Shown one piece after another: positions 10,414-23,382 of a stretch of 64,000 nt of DNA; the stretch's first letter is position 1; each line of letters starts with the position of its first letter. Where the stretch lies: contig CAWEZH010000002.1 in NCBI GenBank assembly GCA_963813535.1, positions 288,001 through 352,000 of the forward strand, in the 5' to 3' direction. The position numbers and the translations under genes are program-made. Below the pieces are notes generated by a model. It worked only from the letters and a program-made list of their open reading frames with translations, was not told the DNA's origin and searched no databases. The DNA is from an uncultured Chloroflexia bacterium. GTDB taxonomy: Bacteria; Chloroflexota; Limnocylindria; Limnocylindrales; CSP1-4.

Positions 10414-12026
10414 CGGGCGTCGCTCGGCCCGACCGCCAGGTGTCCGTGCGCAAAGACGATCCCGCTCGACCCTTCACTCGGATCCTCATCGCGAACCGTG
10501 GCGAGATCGCGCTGCGCATCATCCGGACCTGCCGCGACCTGGGCGTCGAGGTCGTCGCGGTGTACTCGGATGCCGACACGGACGCCGCCCATGTCCAGGC
10601 GGCTGACGCGGCGGTCCGACTCGGGCCTGCCCCGGCCGGGGAGAGCTACCTGCGTGCCGACGCGATCATCGAGGCAGCCTTGGCGACCGGTGCTGAAGCG
10701 ATCCATCCGGGCTACGGTTTCCTGTCGGAACGGGCGGCGTTCGCGCGCGCCGTGGGCGAGGCTGGGTTGGTCTTCATCGGACCGTCGGCGGATGCGATCG
10801 AGGCGCTCGGCGACAAGCTGGCCGCCCGCCGGACCGCGATCGCCGCGGATGTGCCCGTCGTGCCGGGCACCTTCGATCCCGCCCCGGTCGACCGCGCCGA
10901 TGCCGTCGAGGAGATCGTTGCCGCGGCGACGCGGATCGGTTTCCCGCTCCTGGTCAAGGCCGCGGCCGGTGGGGGTGGTCGGGGCATGCGCCGGGTCGAG
11001 GATGTCACGGGCCTCCCGGCGGCGCTGACGGCCGCCGCCGGCGAGGCGCGAGCGTCCTTCGGCGATGGAGCGGTCTACCTCGAGCGGGAGATCAGCCCGG
11101 CCCGTCACATCGAGGTGCAACTCCTCGGCGACGAGGCCGGGGAGGTCGTCGCCCTGGGCGAGCGTGACTGCTCGATCCAACGACGCCACCAGAAGCTCGT
11201 GGAGGAGACGCCCGCCCCGGGCCTGACGATCGACGAGCGGCGGGAGCTCCATGCGATGGCCGTCCGGGCGGCACGCGCCGCGAGCCTCTCCAACGCCTCG
11301 ACCGCGGAGTTCCTGTTCGACCCGGACAGGCGGTTCTGGTTCCTCGAAGTCAATGCCCGGCTCCAGGTCGAGCACGGGGTCACCGAGCTCGTCACCGACC
11401 TCGACCTCGTCGCGGAGCAGCTCTGGATCGCGGCCGGAAGGCCACTCTCCGACGCCGTCCGAGCCGCGGCAGTCGATGCCGCGACGCCGACCCGCCATGC
11501 CATCGAGATTCGCCTCGCCGCCGAGGACCCGTCGCGCGATTTCGCGCCGGTGCCGGGGCGGATCGGGGCGTGGTCGATGCCCGCTGGGCCGGGGGTCCGG
11601 GTCGACACCGCCATCCGACCAGGGGACCGGGTGCCCCCGGATTACGACCCGATGATCGCCAAGGTCATGACCGTCGGCCGCGACCGACGGTCGGCGATCC
11701 GGCGGATGGCCCGCGCCCTGGACGAGGTCGTGGTCAGTGGCATCCAGACGACGCTGCCGTTCGACCGGGTGCTCGTTCGTGACGAATGGTTCCTGAGCGA
11801 GGACGGCAGCGCGCTGTCGACCGACTGGGTGGCGCGACGTTGGGACGGAGCGGCCGTCCGACAGCGGGCGCACGAGGCGGCCGTGGCCGCCGCCGCTCAA
11901 GCGTGGATGGAGCACGATCCGAGCGTGGCGTCTTTGCGCAAAGACACGCCAGGGTCCTCCTGGCGTCGAGCAGGCCGAGCGGCCGCGATCGACCGCTGGC
12001 CGCGTGCCGAGCGATGGCGGCGATGA
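10410..12026 (+). CDS. accC: Biotin carboxylase subunit
   Basis: [39 protein letters not shown] and [10 protein letters not shown]. Confidence 0.93.
   Translation: MTGVARPDRQVSVRKDDPARPFTRILIANRGEIALRIIRTCRDLGVEVVAVYSDADTDAAHVQAADAAVRLGPAPAGESYLRADAIIEAALATGAEAIHPGYGFLSERAAFARAVGEAGLVFIGPSADAIEALGDKLAARRTAIAADVPVVPGTFDPAPVDRADAVEEIVAAATRIGFPLLVKAAAGGGGRGMRRVEDVTGLPAALTAAAGEARASFGDGAVYLEREISPARHIEVQLLGDEAGEVVALGERDCSIQRRHQKLVEETPAPGLTIDERRELHAMAVRAARAASLSNASTAEFLFDPDRRFWFLEVNARLQVEHGVTELVTDLDLVAEQLWIAAGRPLSDAVRAAAVDAATPTRHAIEIRLAAEDPSRDFAPVPGRIGAWSMPAGPGVRVDTAIRPGDRVPPDYDPMIAKVMTVGRDRRSAIRRMARALDEVVVSGIQTTLPFDRVLVRDEWFLSEDGSALSTDWVARRWDGAAVRQRAHEAAVAAAAQAWMEHDPSVASLRKDTPGSSWRRAGRAAAIDRWPRAERWRR
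10441..10458. repeat. Palindrome copy 3 (degenerate), in the accC 5' end
   Basis: TGTCCGTGCGCAAAGACG, 2 mismatches to the copy 2 core. Confidence 0.65.
11929..11946. repeat. Palindrome copy 4, in the accC 3' end
   Basis: Contains the perfect 16-bp palindrome GTCTTTGCGCAAAGAC (11930-11945). Confidence 0.8.
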
Positions 12027-12508
12027 CTGGTCGCGGTCGCGCCATCCGGGTCAGCCCATCCCCGACGAGTGCCCACCCGGGCGACGCGACCGTCACCGTA
12101 GAGCCAGGCGGGCAGCTCCGCGGTGGCCATGCCATCTACCGGGGTGCTCTCGGCGCGACCGACCCAGCGGGGCGCCGGACGATCGAGGTCGTCGCCGACG
12201 GCTGGCGCTTCGAGTTCGTCATCGAGGACGAAGGCCTGGCGCAGCTCCGCGAGCGCGCCACCCGCGACCGCGGTGGCACGGCGGCCGCTGGTGAAGCACT
12301 GGAGATCCGTGCCATCATCCCGGGCAGGGTCGCGTCGGTCGCCGTCACCCCCGGCGATGTCGTGGAGATCGGCCAGACGCTCCTCGCCGTGGAGGCGATG
12401 AAGATGCAGAACGAGTTGCGGGCGCCACGCGCGGGCACCGTCGTCAGCGTGCCGGGCACGGTCGGTTCGACGGTCGACGTCGGCGACGTGCTGGTCGTCC
12501 TGGGATGA
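12023..12508 (+). CDS. Biotin carboxyl carrier protein
   Basis: EAMKMQNE biotinylation motif. ATGA overlap with accC. Confidence 0.92.
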   Translation: MTGRGRAIRVSPSPTSAHPGDATVTVEPGGQLRGGHAIYRGALGATDPAGRRTIEVVADGWRFEFVIEDEGLAQLRERATRDRGGTAAAGEALEIRAIIPGRVASVAVTPGDVVEIGQTLLAVEAMKMQNELRAPRAGTVVSVPGTVGSTVDVGDVLVVLG

Positions 12509-12512
12509 GCGC

Positions 12513-14219
<1,707 letters not shown>

Positions 14220-14232
14220 AGAGGAGGGGGTC

Positions 14233-14703
14233 GTGACGCTGGATGTGCCGCCGCGGATCCGGAGGATGGGCAAGGTCCACCACGTGGCGATCGTGGTCCG
14301 GTCGATCGACGACGCCCTGGTGTTGTGGCGTGACATGCTCGGGCTCGAGCTTGAGACCGTCATGGACATCCCCACGGATCGTGTTCGGATCGCCTTTCTC
14401 AGCGTGGGCGAGTCCAAGGTCGAGCTCGTCGAACCGACCGACGACGAGACCGGGGTCGCCCGCTTCCTTGCCTCGAAAGGGGAGGGCTTCCACCACGTCT
14501 GCTTCGAGGTCGGCAACCTGGCCGAGGCGCTCATCCGCCTCGAGCTCGACGGGCTCGAGCTCATCGACACGGTGCCGCGCCGAGGCGCCGAGGGCCCCGT
14601 CGCGTTCATCCATCCGCGCTCGTGCCAGGGGGTGTTGGTGGAGTTGATCGAGGCGCCGGGCGGTCCGGCGTGGCGCTCGCTCGGCTACGAGACGGCGGGT
14701 TAG
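14233..14703 (+). CDS. mce: Methylmalonyl-CoA epimerase
   Basis: [28 protein letters not shown]...[17 protein letters not shown]. Confidence 0.92.
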   Translation: MTLDVPPRIRRMGKVHHVAIVVRSIDDALVLWRDMLGLELETVMDIPTDRVRIAFLSVGESKVELVEPTDDETGVARFLASKGEGFHHVCFEVGNLAEALIRLELDGLELIDTVPRRGAEGPVAFIHPRSCQGVLVELIEAPGGPAWRSLGYETAG

Positions 14704-14770
14704 CCGGCACTTCGGGAGGCCTCCGCTATCCTCGGAGGGTCGAACCGACTCCCGCCCCGGAGGATCCCTC

Positions 14771-15091
14771 ATGATCGTCACGACCACGCCCAGCATCGAA
14801 GGGCGCCCGATCGCCGAGTACCGCGGCCTCGTCACCGGCGAGGCGATCCTCGGCGCCAACCTCTTCAAGGACCTCTTCGCCGGCGTCCGCGACATCGTCG
14901 GCGGGCGGTCGGGCGCGTACGAGCAGGAGCTCGCCAAGGCCCGCACGATCGCGCTCGAGGAGATGGGCGCCGCGGCCACCGCGCTCGGAGCCGACGCAGT
15001 GGTCGGCGTCGACCTCGACTACGAGACCGTGGGGCAGGGCGGCTCGATGCTGATGGTCACGGCCTCGGGGACGGCCGTCCGGCTGGGCTGA
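14771..15091 (+). CDS. YbjQ/UPF0145 family protein
   Basis: [11 protein letters not shown]...GEAILGAN...[12 protein letters not shown]...VTASGTAV. Confidence 0.92.
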   Translation: MIVTTTPSIEGRPIAEYRGLVTGEAILGANLFKDLFAGVRDIVGGRSGAYEQELAKARTIALEEMGAAATALGADAVVGVDLDYETVGQGGSMLMVTASGTAVRLG

Positions 15092-15105
15092 CCCAGCGCC
15101 CGCGG

Positions 15106-15948
15106 CTAGGCCGGTTTCGAGGCGAGCAGCGAGAACATCAGCGGTAGCTCGCCAGGGCCCTCCGGCAGCACGTACTGCCCGCTCCCCGGCTCGCTCTCGA
15201 CGAGGAAGTCGGCCGCCCATTCGAGGAATGGCTGCTCCTCCAGCCGCTCGATGCGAAGTCCCGCGTCGATCAGCGCCGTGACGACTTCGCCCAGGCCGTG
15301 GTCCCAGCCATGCTCCTTGTGCTCGGTGCCGAGGTCCGCGTCGGGGTCGGCGTAGGACCCGTGGACGTCGAAGATCAGGGGGTTGCCGTGCTCCCAGTAC
15401 GGGTACTGGAGGCGCAGCTCGCGCGGGGACACGCCCTCGTTCTCGAAGACCTGCAGGACCGGGTGGACCTCGGAGATGTAGAACCGGCCGCCGGGCTTGA
15501 CGAAACGCGCCACGACGCGCGCCCAGCCACGGATGTCGGGCAGCCAGCCGAGCACGCCGCGTGACGTGTACACGATGTCGAACTCGTCGCCGAGCCGGAC
15601 TGGCAGCTGGTAGACGTTCGATTCGACGAAGCGCGCATCCGGGATCCCGATGTCGGCAGCCAGCTCCCGCGCCAGCACGATCGAGGCATGTGAGAAGTCG
15701 ACGCCGGTGACCTTCGCGCCGAGTCGGGCCCAGGACAGGGTGTCGAGCCCGAAGTGGCATTGCAGGTGGAGGAGCGTCTTACCCGTCACATCGCCGAGGG
15801 CCGCCACCTCGTACGGACGGAGTCGCAGGCCGCCCTCCCGGAACCCGGCCACGTCATAGAACTCGCCCTCGGCATGGACCTTGGTCCAGGCGTCCCAGAG
15901 GCGCTGGTTCGAGGCGTAGGAGGCCTCGAGATCGACCGGGTCGGTCAT
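15106..15948 (-). CDS. Class I SAM-dependent methyltransferase
   Basis: LLHLQCHFGLDTLSWARLGA.VTGVDFS and FDIVYTSRGVLGWLPD. Confidence 0.9.
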   Translation of the reverse strand: MTDPVDLEASYASNQRLWDAWTKVHAEGEFYDVAGFREGGLRLRPYEVAALGDVTGKTLLHLQCHFGLDTLSWARLGAKVTGVDFSHASIVLARELAADIGIPDARFVESNVYQLPVRLGDEFDIVYTSRGVLGWLPDIRGWARVVARFVKPGGRFYISEVHPVLQVFENEGVSPRELRLQYPYWEHGNPLIFDVHGSYADPDADLGTEHKEHGWDHGLGEVVTALIDAGLRIERLEEQPFLEWAADFLVESEPGSGQYVLPEGPGELPLMFSLLASKPA

Positions 15949-15961
15949 GGCATCCCTCCCG

Positions 15962-16465
15962 TCAGGCCGGAGTGTCCGGGCGGACGCCGGGGGCGCCAGC
16001 CACCAGTTCGTCCACGTAGTCGATCATGTCGAGGTCGCCTGGCGAGCGGCCTGCCCTGGTCATCAGCGCGGCCGCCTCGGAGCGGTGCTGGGTCCCATGG
16101 TTGACCACGTGGGCGAGCATCTGCCAGATCGCAACGCCTTCATGGACGTAGCCGAGGGTGTCATCGTCCAGCGTCGGGAGCCACGCATCGACGGCTTCCC
16201 ACTCGGCGGTCCACCGCGCACGAAGCTCGTCGATCGACGGCAGCGGCTCGCGCTCCGGTTCCGGCTCCTCACCGTCACGCTGGATCCCGTGGCGCCAGCG
16301 CTGCGCCGCCCCGAGATGGTGGACGAGGATGCTGCCGACGCCGCGCTCCCCGACCTCGTCGATCGCCGACCAGGTGTCGTCCGGGACGTCGTCGAGGGCA
16401 GCGAGCAGGCGCTTGGTCGCCCACCGGTCGTAGGCGAACAGGAAGCGGATGTCATCAGTGCGCAT
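15962..16465 (-). CDS. DinB family protein
   Basis: LFAYDRWAT, ILVH and HVVNHGTQHRSE. Confidence 0.88.
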   Translation of the reverse strand: MRTDDIRFLFAYDRWATKRLLAALDDVPDDTWSAIDEVGERGVGSILVHHLGAAQRWRHGIQRDGEEPEPEREPLPSIDELRARWTAEWEAVDAWLPTLDDDTLGYVHEGVAIWQMLAHVVNHGTQHRSEAAALMTRAGRSPGDLDMIDYVDELVAGAPGVRPDTPA

Positions 16466-16494
16466 CTCGTGCGATCCTCCCGCCTGTCTCCCGC

Positions 16495-17379
16495 TCAGCC
16501 AGCGAACCCGGCGGCACGGAGCAGCCTGGGCAGCTCGGTCGGCGACTCCGCCACTCGGAACCCGGCCGCCTCGAGCGCTTCGACCTTCGACGCGGCTGTC
16601 CCGGCGCTCCCCGAGATGATGGCGCCGGCGTGTCCCATCCGCTTGCCCTCCGGCGCCGTCCGGCCGGCGATGAAGGCCGCCTTCGGGACGTTGCGTAGAT
16701 GTTCGCCGGCCCATGCCGCAGCCGTCTCTTCGGCGGACCCGCCGATCTCGCCGATCAGCACGATCGCCTCGGTCTCGGGGTCCTCGGCGAACAGCTGGAG
16801 GACATCGAGGAAGGTCGTGCCGATGATGGGGTCGCCGCCGATGCCGATGCAGGTGGACTGTCCGAGCCCGGCGTCGGTCATCGCCTGGACGGCCTCGTAG
16901 GTAAGCGTCCCGGAGCGGCTCACCACTCCGACGCGGCCCTCGCGATGGATCGAGCCCGGGATGATGCCGACCTTCGCCCGACCAGGCGACGTCGCACCGG
17001 GGCAGTTCGGACCGATCAGCCGAGCGCCGTGCCGGCGCACGAGGTCGACCACCGGGACCATATCCAGCGCTGGGATCCCTTCGGTGATGCAGAAGATCGT
17101 GCCGATCCTCGCCACGGCGGCTTCCATGACCGCGTCCGGGGCTCCAGCCGCGGGGACGAAGATCAGGGATGTGTTCGCACCCGTCTCGCGCACCGCGTCA
17201 TCCACGGTATCGAACACGGGTACGGACCCGTCGAGCACGACCTGGCCGCCCTTGCCGGGCGTGACGCCGGCGACGACCTGCGTGCCGTACGCCTGACAGG
17301 CACGCGCATGGAACTCGCCCTCGCGACCCGTGATGCCCTGGACGACGAGGCGGGTCTCGCGCCCGACAAGGACGCTCAT
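16495..17379 (-). CDS. sucD: Succinyl-CoA ligase alpha subunit
   Basis: [23 protein letters not shown] and RMGHAGAI. Confidence 0.97.
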   Translation of the reverse strand: MSVLVGRETRLVVQGITGREGEFHARACQAYGTQVVAGVTPGKGGQVVLDGSVPVFDTVDDAVRETGANTSLIFVPAAGAPDAVMEAAVARIGTIFCITEGIPALDMVPVVDLVRRHGARLIGPNCPGATSPGRAKVGIIPGSIHREGRVGVVSRSGTLTYEAVQAMTDAGLGQSTCIGIGGDPIIGTTFLDVLQLFAEDPETEAIVLIGEIGGSAEETAAAWAGEHLRNVPKAAFIAGRTAPEGKRMGHAGAIISGSAGTAASKVEALEAAGFRVAESPTELPRLLRAAGFAG

Positions 17380-18554
17380 GGGGTGCCGCGCGACGCTGCG
17401 ACCGCCTTCGCCGCCGCCTCGTCGAGCGTGGCCGCGGTCTGGAATCGCGCCTGCACCAGCAGCTCGGCCGCCTCGGCCGCGTTGGTGCCGACGATGCGCA
17501 CGACCATCGGCACGTCGCGAGTCTGCTGGGAGCGGGCCTCGATAAGCCCCCGGGCGACCTCGTCCCCACGCGTGATACCGCCGAAGATGTTCACGAGGAT
17601 GGCGTCGACCTTGGGATCGGCGAGGATCAGGCGCATGGCATGGGCGACCTTGTCCGCGCGCGCACCACCGCCGATGTCGAGGAAGTTCGCAGGCTCACCG
17701 CCGGCACGCTTCACCAGGTCCATCGTGGTCATGGCCAGGCCGGCCCCGTTGACCATGCAGCCGATCGTGCCGTCGAGCTTGATGAACGTCAGGCCCGCCT
17801 CGCGTGCCTCGCGGTCCTCGGGCGCTTCTTCGTCTGGATCGCGTAGCGCTTCGAGGCCCGGGTGGCGGGCGAGCGCGGAGTCATCGAGCGTGATCTTCGC
17901 GTCGAGGCAGACCAGGCGCTCGACCGGAGTCCCGCCCGGGACGCCCTCGAGGATGACGGCGAGGGGATTGATCTCGACGAGATCGGCGTCATAGGTGGTC
18001 ATCGTTCGCACGAGGCCCTTGGTGATGGCCACGGCCGCCTTGAGGTGAGCCCGAAGTCCCATCGCGAAGGCGAGCTCGCGGGCCTGGAATTCAAGCACGC
18101 CGAGACTCGGATCAGCGTGGCGGCGGATGATGGCATCCGGGTTCGTCGCAGCGACATGCTCGATCTCGACCCCACCCTGGGCCGAGCCCATGAGCAGGAT
18201 CCCGCGCTCAGCCCGATCGAGGACGGCGGCGAGGTAGAACTCCTTCACGATGTCCGCGGCCGGGCCGACCAGGACCTTGCGGACCGTCATGCCCTTGATG
18301 TCCATGCCGATGATGCTGCCGGCGATCTGGGCGGCCTCGTCCGGGCTCGATGCGAGCTTCACCCCGCCGGCCTTGCCGCGACCGCCCACCAGGACCTGGG
18401 CCTTGATGACGACCTTGCCGCCGACCGCCCCTGCATCGAGGAAGCGCCGCGCGGCCGACCGGGCTTCATCCGCCGTGTGGGCGACCGCCCAGTCGGGGAC
18501 CGGGAGCCCCTGGGCGACGAGCAGTGACTTGGCGTCGGCCTCCTGGAGCTTCAC
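17376..18554 (-). CDS. sucC: Succinyl-CoA ligase beta subunit
   Basis: [32 protein letters not shown] and NFLDIGGGA. Confidence 0.97.
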   Translation of the reverse strand: MKLQEADAKSLLVAQGLPVPDWAVAHTADEARSAARRFLDAGAVGGKVVIKAQVLVGGRGKAGGVKLASSPDEAAQIAGSIIGMDIKGMTVRKVLVGPAADIVKEFYLAAVLDRAERGILLMGSAQGGVEIEHVAATNPDAIIRRHADPSLGVLEFQARELAFAMGLRAHLKAAVAITKGLVRTMTTYDADLVEINPLAVILEGVPGGTPVERLVCLDAKITLDDSALARHPGLEALRDPDEEAPEDREAREAGLTFIKLDGTIGCMVNGAGLAMTTMDLVKRAGGEPANFLDIGGGARADKVAHAMRLILADPKVDAILVNIFGGITRGDEVARGLIEARSQQTRDVPMVVRIVGTNAAEAAELLVQARFQTAATLDEAAAKAVAASRGTP

Positions 18555-18579
18555 CGGGGCATCGTAGCGGAGCGAGAGG

Positions 18580-19470
18580 TCATCGCTCCCCGAGGTGGCG
18601 ACGACGTGCCTCGGCGATGCGGTCCAGCTCGGCGACCGACTTGGACAGGGACCACACGATCGTGTCGTCGAGCCCGAGTGCCGCGAGCTCGTCGAAGGTC
18701 GATGCCAGCCCATCGACGTCGGTGCTCAGCGTGGTCGCGTCGGCTGTCCCGTCAACCGGATCGGCCAGCCGGATCCCGACGGTCCGGCGCAGCGTCGCGC
18801 GCTCGCGCCCGACGGTGTCGCATGCCTCGTCGAGCTCCTCGAGCCGCGTGCGCAACCGCTCGTCGGCGCCGCCGAACCAGGCCGTGTTCCAGGCGTCCGC
18901 CCAGGTCGCCGTGAGCCGGAGCATGCGGGGTCCCTTGGCCGCTACGAGGATCGGCACGGTTCGGCCGGGTGGCGGCATGAGGACGACATCGTGCATCTGC
19001 CGCCAGCGCCCCTCGAACGTGAAGCGCTCGCCCCGCAGCAGGCGACTCGCGATCTCGAGGTCCTCGGCGAACCGCCCGACCCGGTGATCGAACGGGTAGC
19101 CGAACGCGTCGTACTCGGGCTCGTGCCAGCCCGACCCGAGGCCGAGGATGACCCGACCCCCGGAAAGGTCGTCGAGCGTGGCGGCCATCTTGGCCATCAA
19201 TGCCGGGTTGCGGAAAGAGGCGCACATCACGAGCGACCCGAGCTCGATGCGGGGGACGACGGGCGCAAGCGCTGCCTTCGTTGTCCATGCCTCGCGGATG
19301 CCCTCGTCGGCCTCGTCGGCCGAGCGGAACAGCAGGTGGTCGAAGACCCAGATCGAGTCGAGACCGACGGTTTCCGCGTGCTGGGCGAAGGCGAGGGTCT
19401 CCGCGAAGGTCGGGACGCGGCCCGGCGCGGTGTCGTCCTGGGCGAGGGGGAGGGTGACGCCGATGCGCAT
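18580..19470 (-). CDS. LLM class flavin-dependent oxidoreductase
   Basis: GLDSIWVFDH, RNPALMAKMAATLDDLSGGRVILGLGSGW. Confidence 0.9.
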   Translation of the reverse strand: MRIGVTLPLAQDDTAPGRVPTFAETLAFAQHAETVGLDSIWVFDHLLFRSADEADEGIREAWTTKAALAPVVPRIELGSLVMCASFRNPALMAKMAATLDDLSGGRVILGLGSGWHEPEYDAFGYPFDHRVGRFAEDLEIASRLLRGERFTFEGRWRQMHDVVLMPPPGRTVPILVAAKGPRMLRLTATWADAWNTAWFGGADERLRTRLEELDEACDTVGRERATLRRTVGIRLADPVDGTADATTLSTDVDGLASTFDELAALGLDDTIVWSLSKSVAELDRIAEARRRHLGER

Positions 19471-19601
19471 CGCGCGGAGTCTAGCGATGCATCGCGCTGC
19501 GTCGCCGCCGGTCCCGCCGGCAGCAGAACGAACGATTCCGCGATGTCGCCTCGCCATACTCACCGAGCGCGGCCACGGAGGTCGCGCCATCGCCGAGGGG
19601 C

Positions 19602-20162
19602 GTGATGCAGCGAGACCTCGTGGAGCGAGCGCGGAGGGGCGATCATGACGCCTTCGCCGAGCTGGCAGGCGCCGCGATCTCCCGTCTGGATGGCGCCGCC
19701 TGGCTCATGCTTCGGGATATCGAACAGGCCAAGGACGCCGTGCAGGACACGCTCGTCCGGGCCTGGCGTGATCTGCCCACGCTGCGCGACCCCGACCGTT
19801 TCGATGCCTGGCTGCATCGGTTGCTCGTCCACGCCTGTATCGATGAGGCGCGGCGACTCCGGCGCCACCGGCTCGACGTCGAACTCACCACCATCGCGAT
19901 CCCATCGGCCGTCGACGACGTGTCGGCGGTCGACGATCGCGATCTCATCGAACGCGGCTTCCTCCGACTCGATCCGGAGATGCGTGCCGTGATCGTCCTT
20001 CATCACTATCTCGACCTTCCGATGCCGGCCGTCGCGACGATCCTCGGGATCCCCCTGGGGACCGCCAAGTCACGGTTGCACCGCGCCCTCGCGGAGATGC
20101 GCGCGGCACTCGCTGCCGATGCGCGTCCGCGGGGCGAACTCGTGGAGGGCCGGCCGGTATGA
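19602..20162 (+). CDS. ECF RNA polymerase sigma factor
   Basis: AKDAVQDTLVRAW, FDAWLHR and region 4 LGIPLGTAKSRLHRA. Confidence 0.92.
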   Translation: MMQRDLVERARRGDHDAFAELAGAAISRLDGAAWLMLRDIEQAKDAVQDTLVRAWRDLPTLRDPDRFDAWLHRLLVHACIDEARRLRRHRLDVELTTIAIPSAVDDVSAVDDRDLIERGFLRLDPEMRAVIVLHHYLDLPMPAVATILGIPLGTAKSRLHRALAEMRAALAADARPRGELVEGRPV

Positions 20163-21442
20163 CCGCGAACGACCGCTTCGACCGCTCGCTGTCTCCCTGG
20201 CTCCTCGACGACGCGGCGTTCCGCGTGCCCGACCACCTCGACGAGGTGCTGTCGGTCACGCGGGAGACCCGTCAGCGGCCGGCATGGTCGAGCCTCGAAA
20301 GGTGGCTCCCCGTGGATATGACCTTCCGCCCACGCCTGTTCTCCGTCCCGCGGGCTGGCCGGCTCGCGATGGTGGCGGCGCTCATCCTGCTCGTGCTGGC
20401 GATCGCGATCCTCGCGGTCGGCTCCTACCAACAGCGGCTGCCGGAGCCGTTCGGACTGGCCCGCAACGGGCTCATCGTCACGAGCAATGACGGCGAGCTC
20501 TACCTGCTCGACCCGGCGAAGAGCGAACGGCGACTCCTGCCGCTCGGTGAAGCATTCGACTTCTCGCCGATCTTCTCGCGTGACGGCACGAAGATGGTGT
20601 TCCTCCGCTCCGACGGTCCGCTCACCGAGCCGGCGATCCTGTCGCTCTACGTCGCGAATGCCGATGGTTCGGAGCCTCGCCCCGTGACGCCACCGACAAA
20701 GAGCCTCGACTGGTTCGACTGGTCACCGGATGGCACGCAGATCGCCTACATGGCAAGCGGCCAGCTGTGGGTGGTCGACGTCGCCATCGGGGAGCCGATC
20801 CGTCTGGTAGGTGGGGGACGCGCGCACTTCCCGACCTGGCTGCCACCCGATGGCAAGGAGATCGTCTTCCGGGGCGAATCGCGTAGCCCCGCGATCTTCG
20901 CGATGCCTGTCGACGGCAGCGGGAAACGCCGGCCGCTGTCGACGACGCCGGCGAACAACGAGTTCGATTACCAGTCGATCGCGGTCTCGCCGGACGGGAA
21001 GCACGTGACGTTCACCCGATGGGACTCGACGAAGGATCCCTGGGTGCCCGGGGTCTACGCCCTGGACATCGCGACCGGTGAGGAGATGCGGTTCCCGACG
21101 CTGGCGGGGACCGGCCAACGCGGAAGCGTCCCGTACTCGCCTGATGGCAAGTCCGTTGCGTACGCGCGGGTCTACCCGGAAGGGGCGTTCGAGCTGGTTG
21201 TCGCCAACGCCGACGGTTCCGGCAACGAGCGGGTCATCGGGCCGAAGAAGCGGGCCCCGACCGACGGGAGCAACCTGCCAGCCTCCTGGACGTTCACGCC
21301 GGATGGCACGGCGTTGATCGTGCGATACGGCGACGACGACACCGCGGCGACCCAGCTCATGCCGCTCGATGGATCGCCGCCCATCGATATCGAGGGGTCT
21401 GGCGGACTCGAGTTCGTGGACGTCCAGCGCCTCGCGCCCTGA
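20159..21442 (+). CDS. Putative anti-sigma factor with TM helix and TolB/PD40-like beta-propeller
   Basis: ATGA-coupled to the ECF sigma gene. One TM helix and repeated SPDG/SRDG/NADGS motifs. Confidence 0.8.
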   Translation: MTANDRFDRSLSPWLLDDAAFRVPDHLDEVLSVTRETRQRPAWSSLERWLPVDMTFRPRLFSVPRAGRLAMVAALILLVLAIAILAVGSYQQRLPEPFGLARNGLIVTSNDGELYLLDPAKSERRLLPLGEAFDFSPIFSRDGTKMVFLRSDGPLTEPAILSLYVANADGSEPRPVTPPTKSLDWFDWSPDGTQIAYMASGQLWVVDVAIGEPIRLVGGGRAHFPTWLPPDGKEIVFRGESRSPAIFAMPVDGSGKRRPLSTTPANNEFDYQSIAVSPDGKHVTFTRWDSTKDPWVPGVYALDIATGEEMRFPTLAGTGQRGSVPYSPDGKSVAYARVYPEGAFELVVANADGSGNERVIGPKKRAPTDGSNLPASWTFTPDGTALIVRYGDDDTAATQLMPLDGSPPIDIEGSGGLEFVDVQRLAP

Positions 21443-21460
21443 CGTCGACGGCTCCCAGCC

Positions 21461-21494
21461 CGTGACCGGCCGTCCCTCCGGGCGGCCGGTCACG
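21461..21494. terminator. GC-rich hairpin after the anti-sigma gene
   Basis: CGTGACCGGCCGTCC-CTCC-GGGCGGCCGGTCACG, no U tract. Confidence 0.6.
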
Positions 21495-21525
21495 CCTCGT
21501 CGGTCGGCGCGGATACAATCGAGCC

Positions 21526-22561
21526 ATGGCCCACCGCGTCACCCTGATCCCCGGCGACGGTATCGGACCGGAGCTGGCGGAGGCATCACGCCGCGTCCTC
21601 GACGCGACCGGCGTGGCGTTCGAGTGGGAGGTCGTCGACGCCGGCGAGGGGGTGATGGCCGAGTACGGGACACCGCTCCCGGATCACGTCCTCGAATTCG
21701 ATCAAGCGCAACAAGGTCGCGCTGAAGGGGCCGATCACGACCCCGGTCGGCGAGGGGTTCCGCAGCGTCAATGTCACGCTCCGCCAGGCGCTCGGGCTGT
21801 ACGCGAACCTGCGGCCGGCACGGAGCATCAAGGGTCTCGAGACGCGCTACGAGGACGTCGACCTCGTGATCGTCCGCGAGAACACGGAGGACCTGTACGC
21901 CGGCATCGAGCACCGGGTCGGCCCCGACGCGGCGGAGAGCATCAAGATCATCACCCGGGCGGCATCCGAGCGGATCGCCCGGTTCGCGTTCGACTATGCC
22001 GTCGCCAACGGCCGGCGCAAGGTCACGGCCGTCCACAAGGCCAACATCATGAAGCTGTCGGACGGCCTGTTCCTAGAGAGCTGCCGGACGGTGGCGGCCG
22101 ACTACGAAGGACGCGTCGAATTCGAGGACCGCATCGTCGACAACATGTGCATGCAGCTCGTGCAGAAGCCCGAGCTGTATGACGTGTTGGTCCTGCCGAA
22201 CCTGTATGGCGACATCGTGTCCGACCTCGCCGCCGGGCTCGTGGGCGGGCTCGGCGTGGCCCCTGGAGCGAACATCGGTACCGAAGCGGCCGTCTTCGAG
22301 CCGGTCCACGGCTCGGCCCCCAAGTACGCCGGCCTGAACAAGGCGAACCCGACGGCGCTGATCCTGAGCGGCGCGCTGATGCTGCGCCACCTCGGCTATC
22401 CCGGGGAAGCGGATCGCCTCGAGACGGCCGTTCGAGAGGTCATCTCCGAAGGGACCACGACCAATGACCTGGGCGGTTCGGTCGGGACGTCCGAGTTCGC
22501 CGACGCGATCATCGGGCGCCTGTCGTCGCAGGTCGGTGCCCCGGCCAGCGTCGTCCGATGA
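21526..22561 (+). pseudogene. icd: Isocitrate/isopropylmalate dehydrogenase family (probably NAD-dependent IDH), frameshifted near 21697
   Basis: N-terminus [12 protein letters not shown] is in one frame. [22 protein letters not shown] and FEPVHGSAP are in another. Removing one T at 21697/21698 restores [15 protein letters not shown]. Confidence 0.85.
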
Positions 22562-23364
22562 CCGGGTTCACCGGCAGCATCCGGCTGCCGCGCAAGCCGG
22601 CCGGCACGGCGTCCAACGGCTTCGGGGTCACCCGCCGGCGCGACCGTTGGTGGACCGCGCCGGTCGTCCAGGGAACGGTGTTCACGATCTGTGCGACGTA
22701 CCTGTTCTTCAGTGGCATCATCTGGACCCCGCTCTTCGGCACGGCCTATCTGGTCGACGGCTACCTGTCGCCGCTGTTCTCGCCCTTGATCAGACCCGAT
22801 TGGCTGCCGACCTGGATCAGTCCCGGGCTCTTCATCCTGTGGATCCCGCTCGGGTTCCGGGCGACCTGCTACTACTACCGCAAGGCGTACTACCGCTTCT
22901 ATTTCGCCGACCCGCCGGGTTGCGCCGTCGGCGAGCCGACGATGCATCGGGGCTACTCGATGGAGACGGCCTTCCCGTTCATCCTCCAGAACCTCCATCG
23001 CTACTTCCTGTACCTGGCGTTCATCCCGCTGTTCTTCCTGTGGCTGGACGCCTGGCTGGCGATCACCCACGAGGGCACCGTCCGGCTCGGCGTGGCCGGC
23101 GCGATCCTCGTCGTGAACGCGTTCTTCCTGACCGGCTATTCGCTGTCGTGCCATTCGCTGCGCCACCTCATGGGCGGCAGGCTCGACTGCTTCTCGTGTT
23201 CGCGGCGCGCGCAGGTCCGCTACTCGCTCTGGCAGCGGCTGACGTCCCTGAACCGGAACCACATGCAGTGGGCGTGGATCAGCCTGATCACCGTGACCGC
23301 GTCCGACCTGTACATCCGGCTCATGGCGCTCGGCATGATCAGCGACCCACACATCCGCTTCTGA
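22558..23364 (+). CDS. Succinate dehydrogenase membrane anchor (mycobacterial Sdh1/Rv0249c-like)
   Basis: [25 protein letters not shown] and H..WAW.SL motifs, TM helices, directly before sdhA. Confidence 0.82.
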   Translation: MTGFTGSIRLPRKPAGTASNGFGVTRRRDRWWTAPVVQGTVFTICATYLFFSGIIWTPLFGTAYLVDGYLSPLFSPLIRPDWLPTWISPGLFILWIPLGFRATCYYYRKAYYRFYFADPPGCAVGEPTMHRGYSMETAFPFILQNLHRYFLYLAFIPLFFLWLDAWLAITHEGTVRLGVAGAILVVNAFFLTGYSLSCHSLRHLMGGRLDCFSCSRRAQVRYSLWQRLTSLNRNHMQWAWISLITVTASDLYIRLMALGMISDPHIRF

Positions 23365-23382
23365 ACGTCCGCCCCACCTGTC

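Noticed and set aside
21690-21705. Programmed ribosomal frameshift in icd
   Set aside because: No slippery sequence or stimulatory structure. An error or mutation is the simpler explanation.
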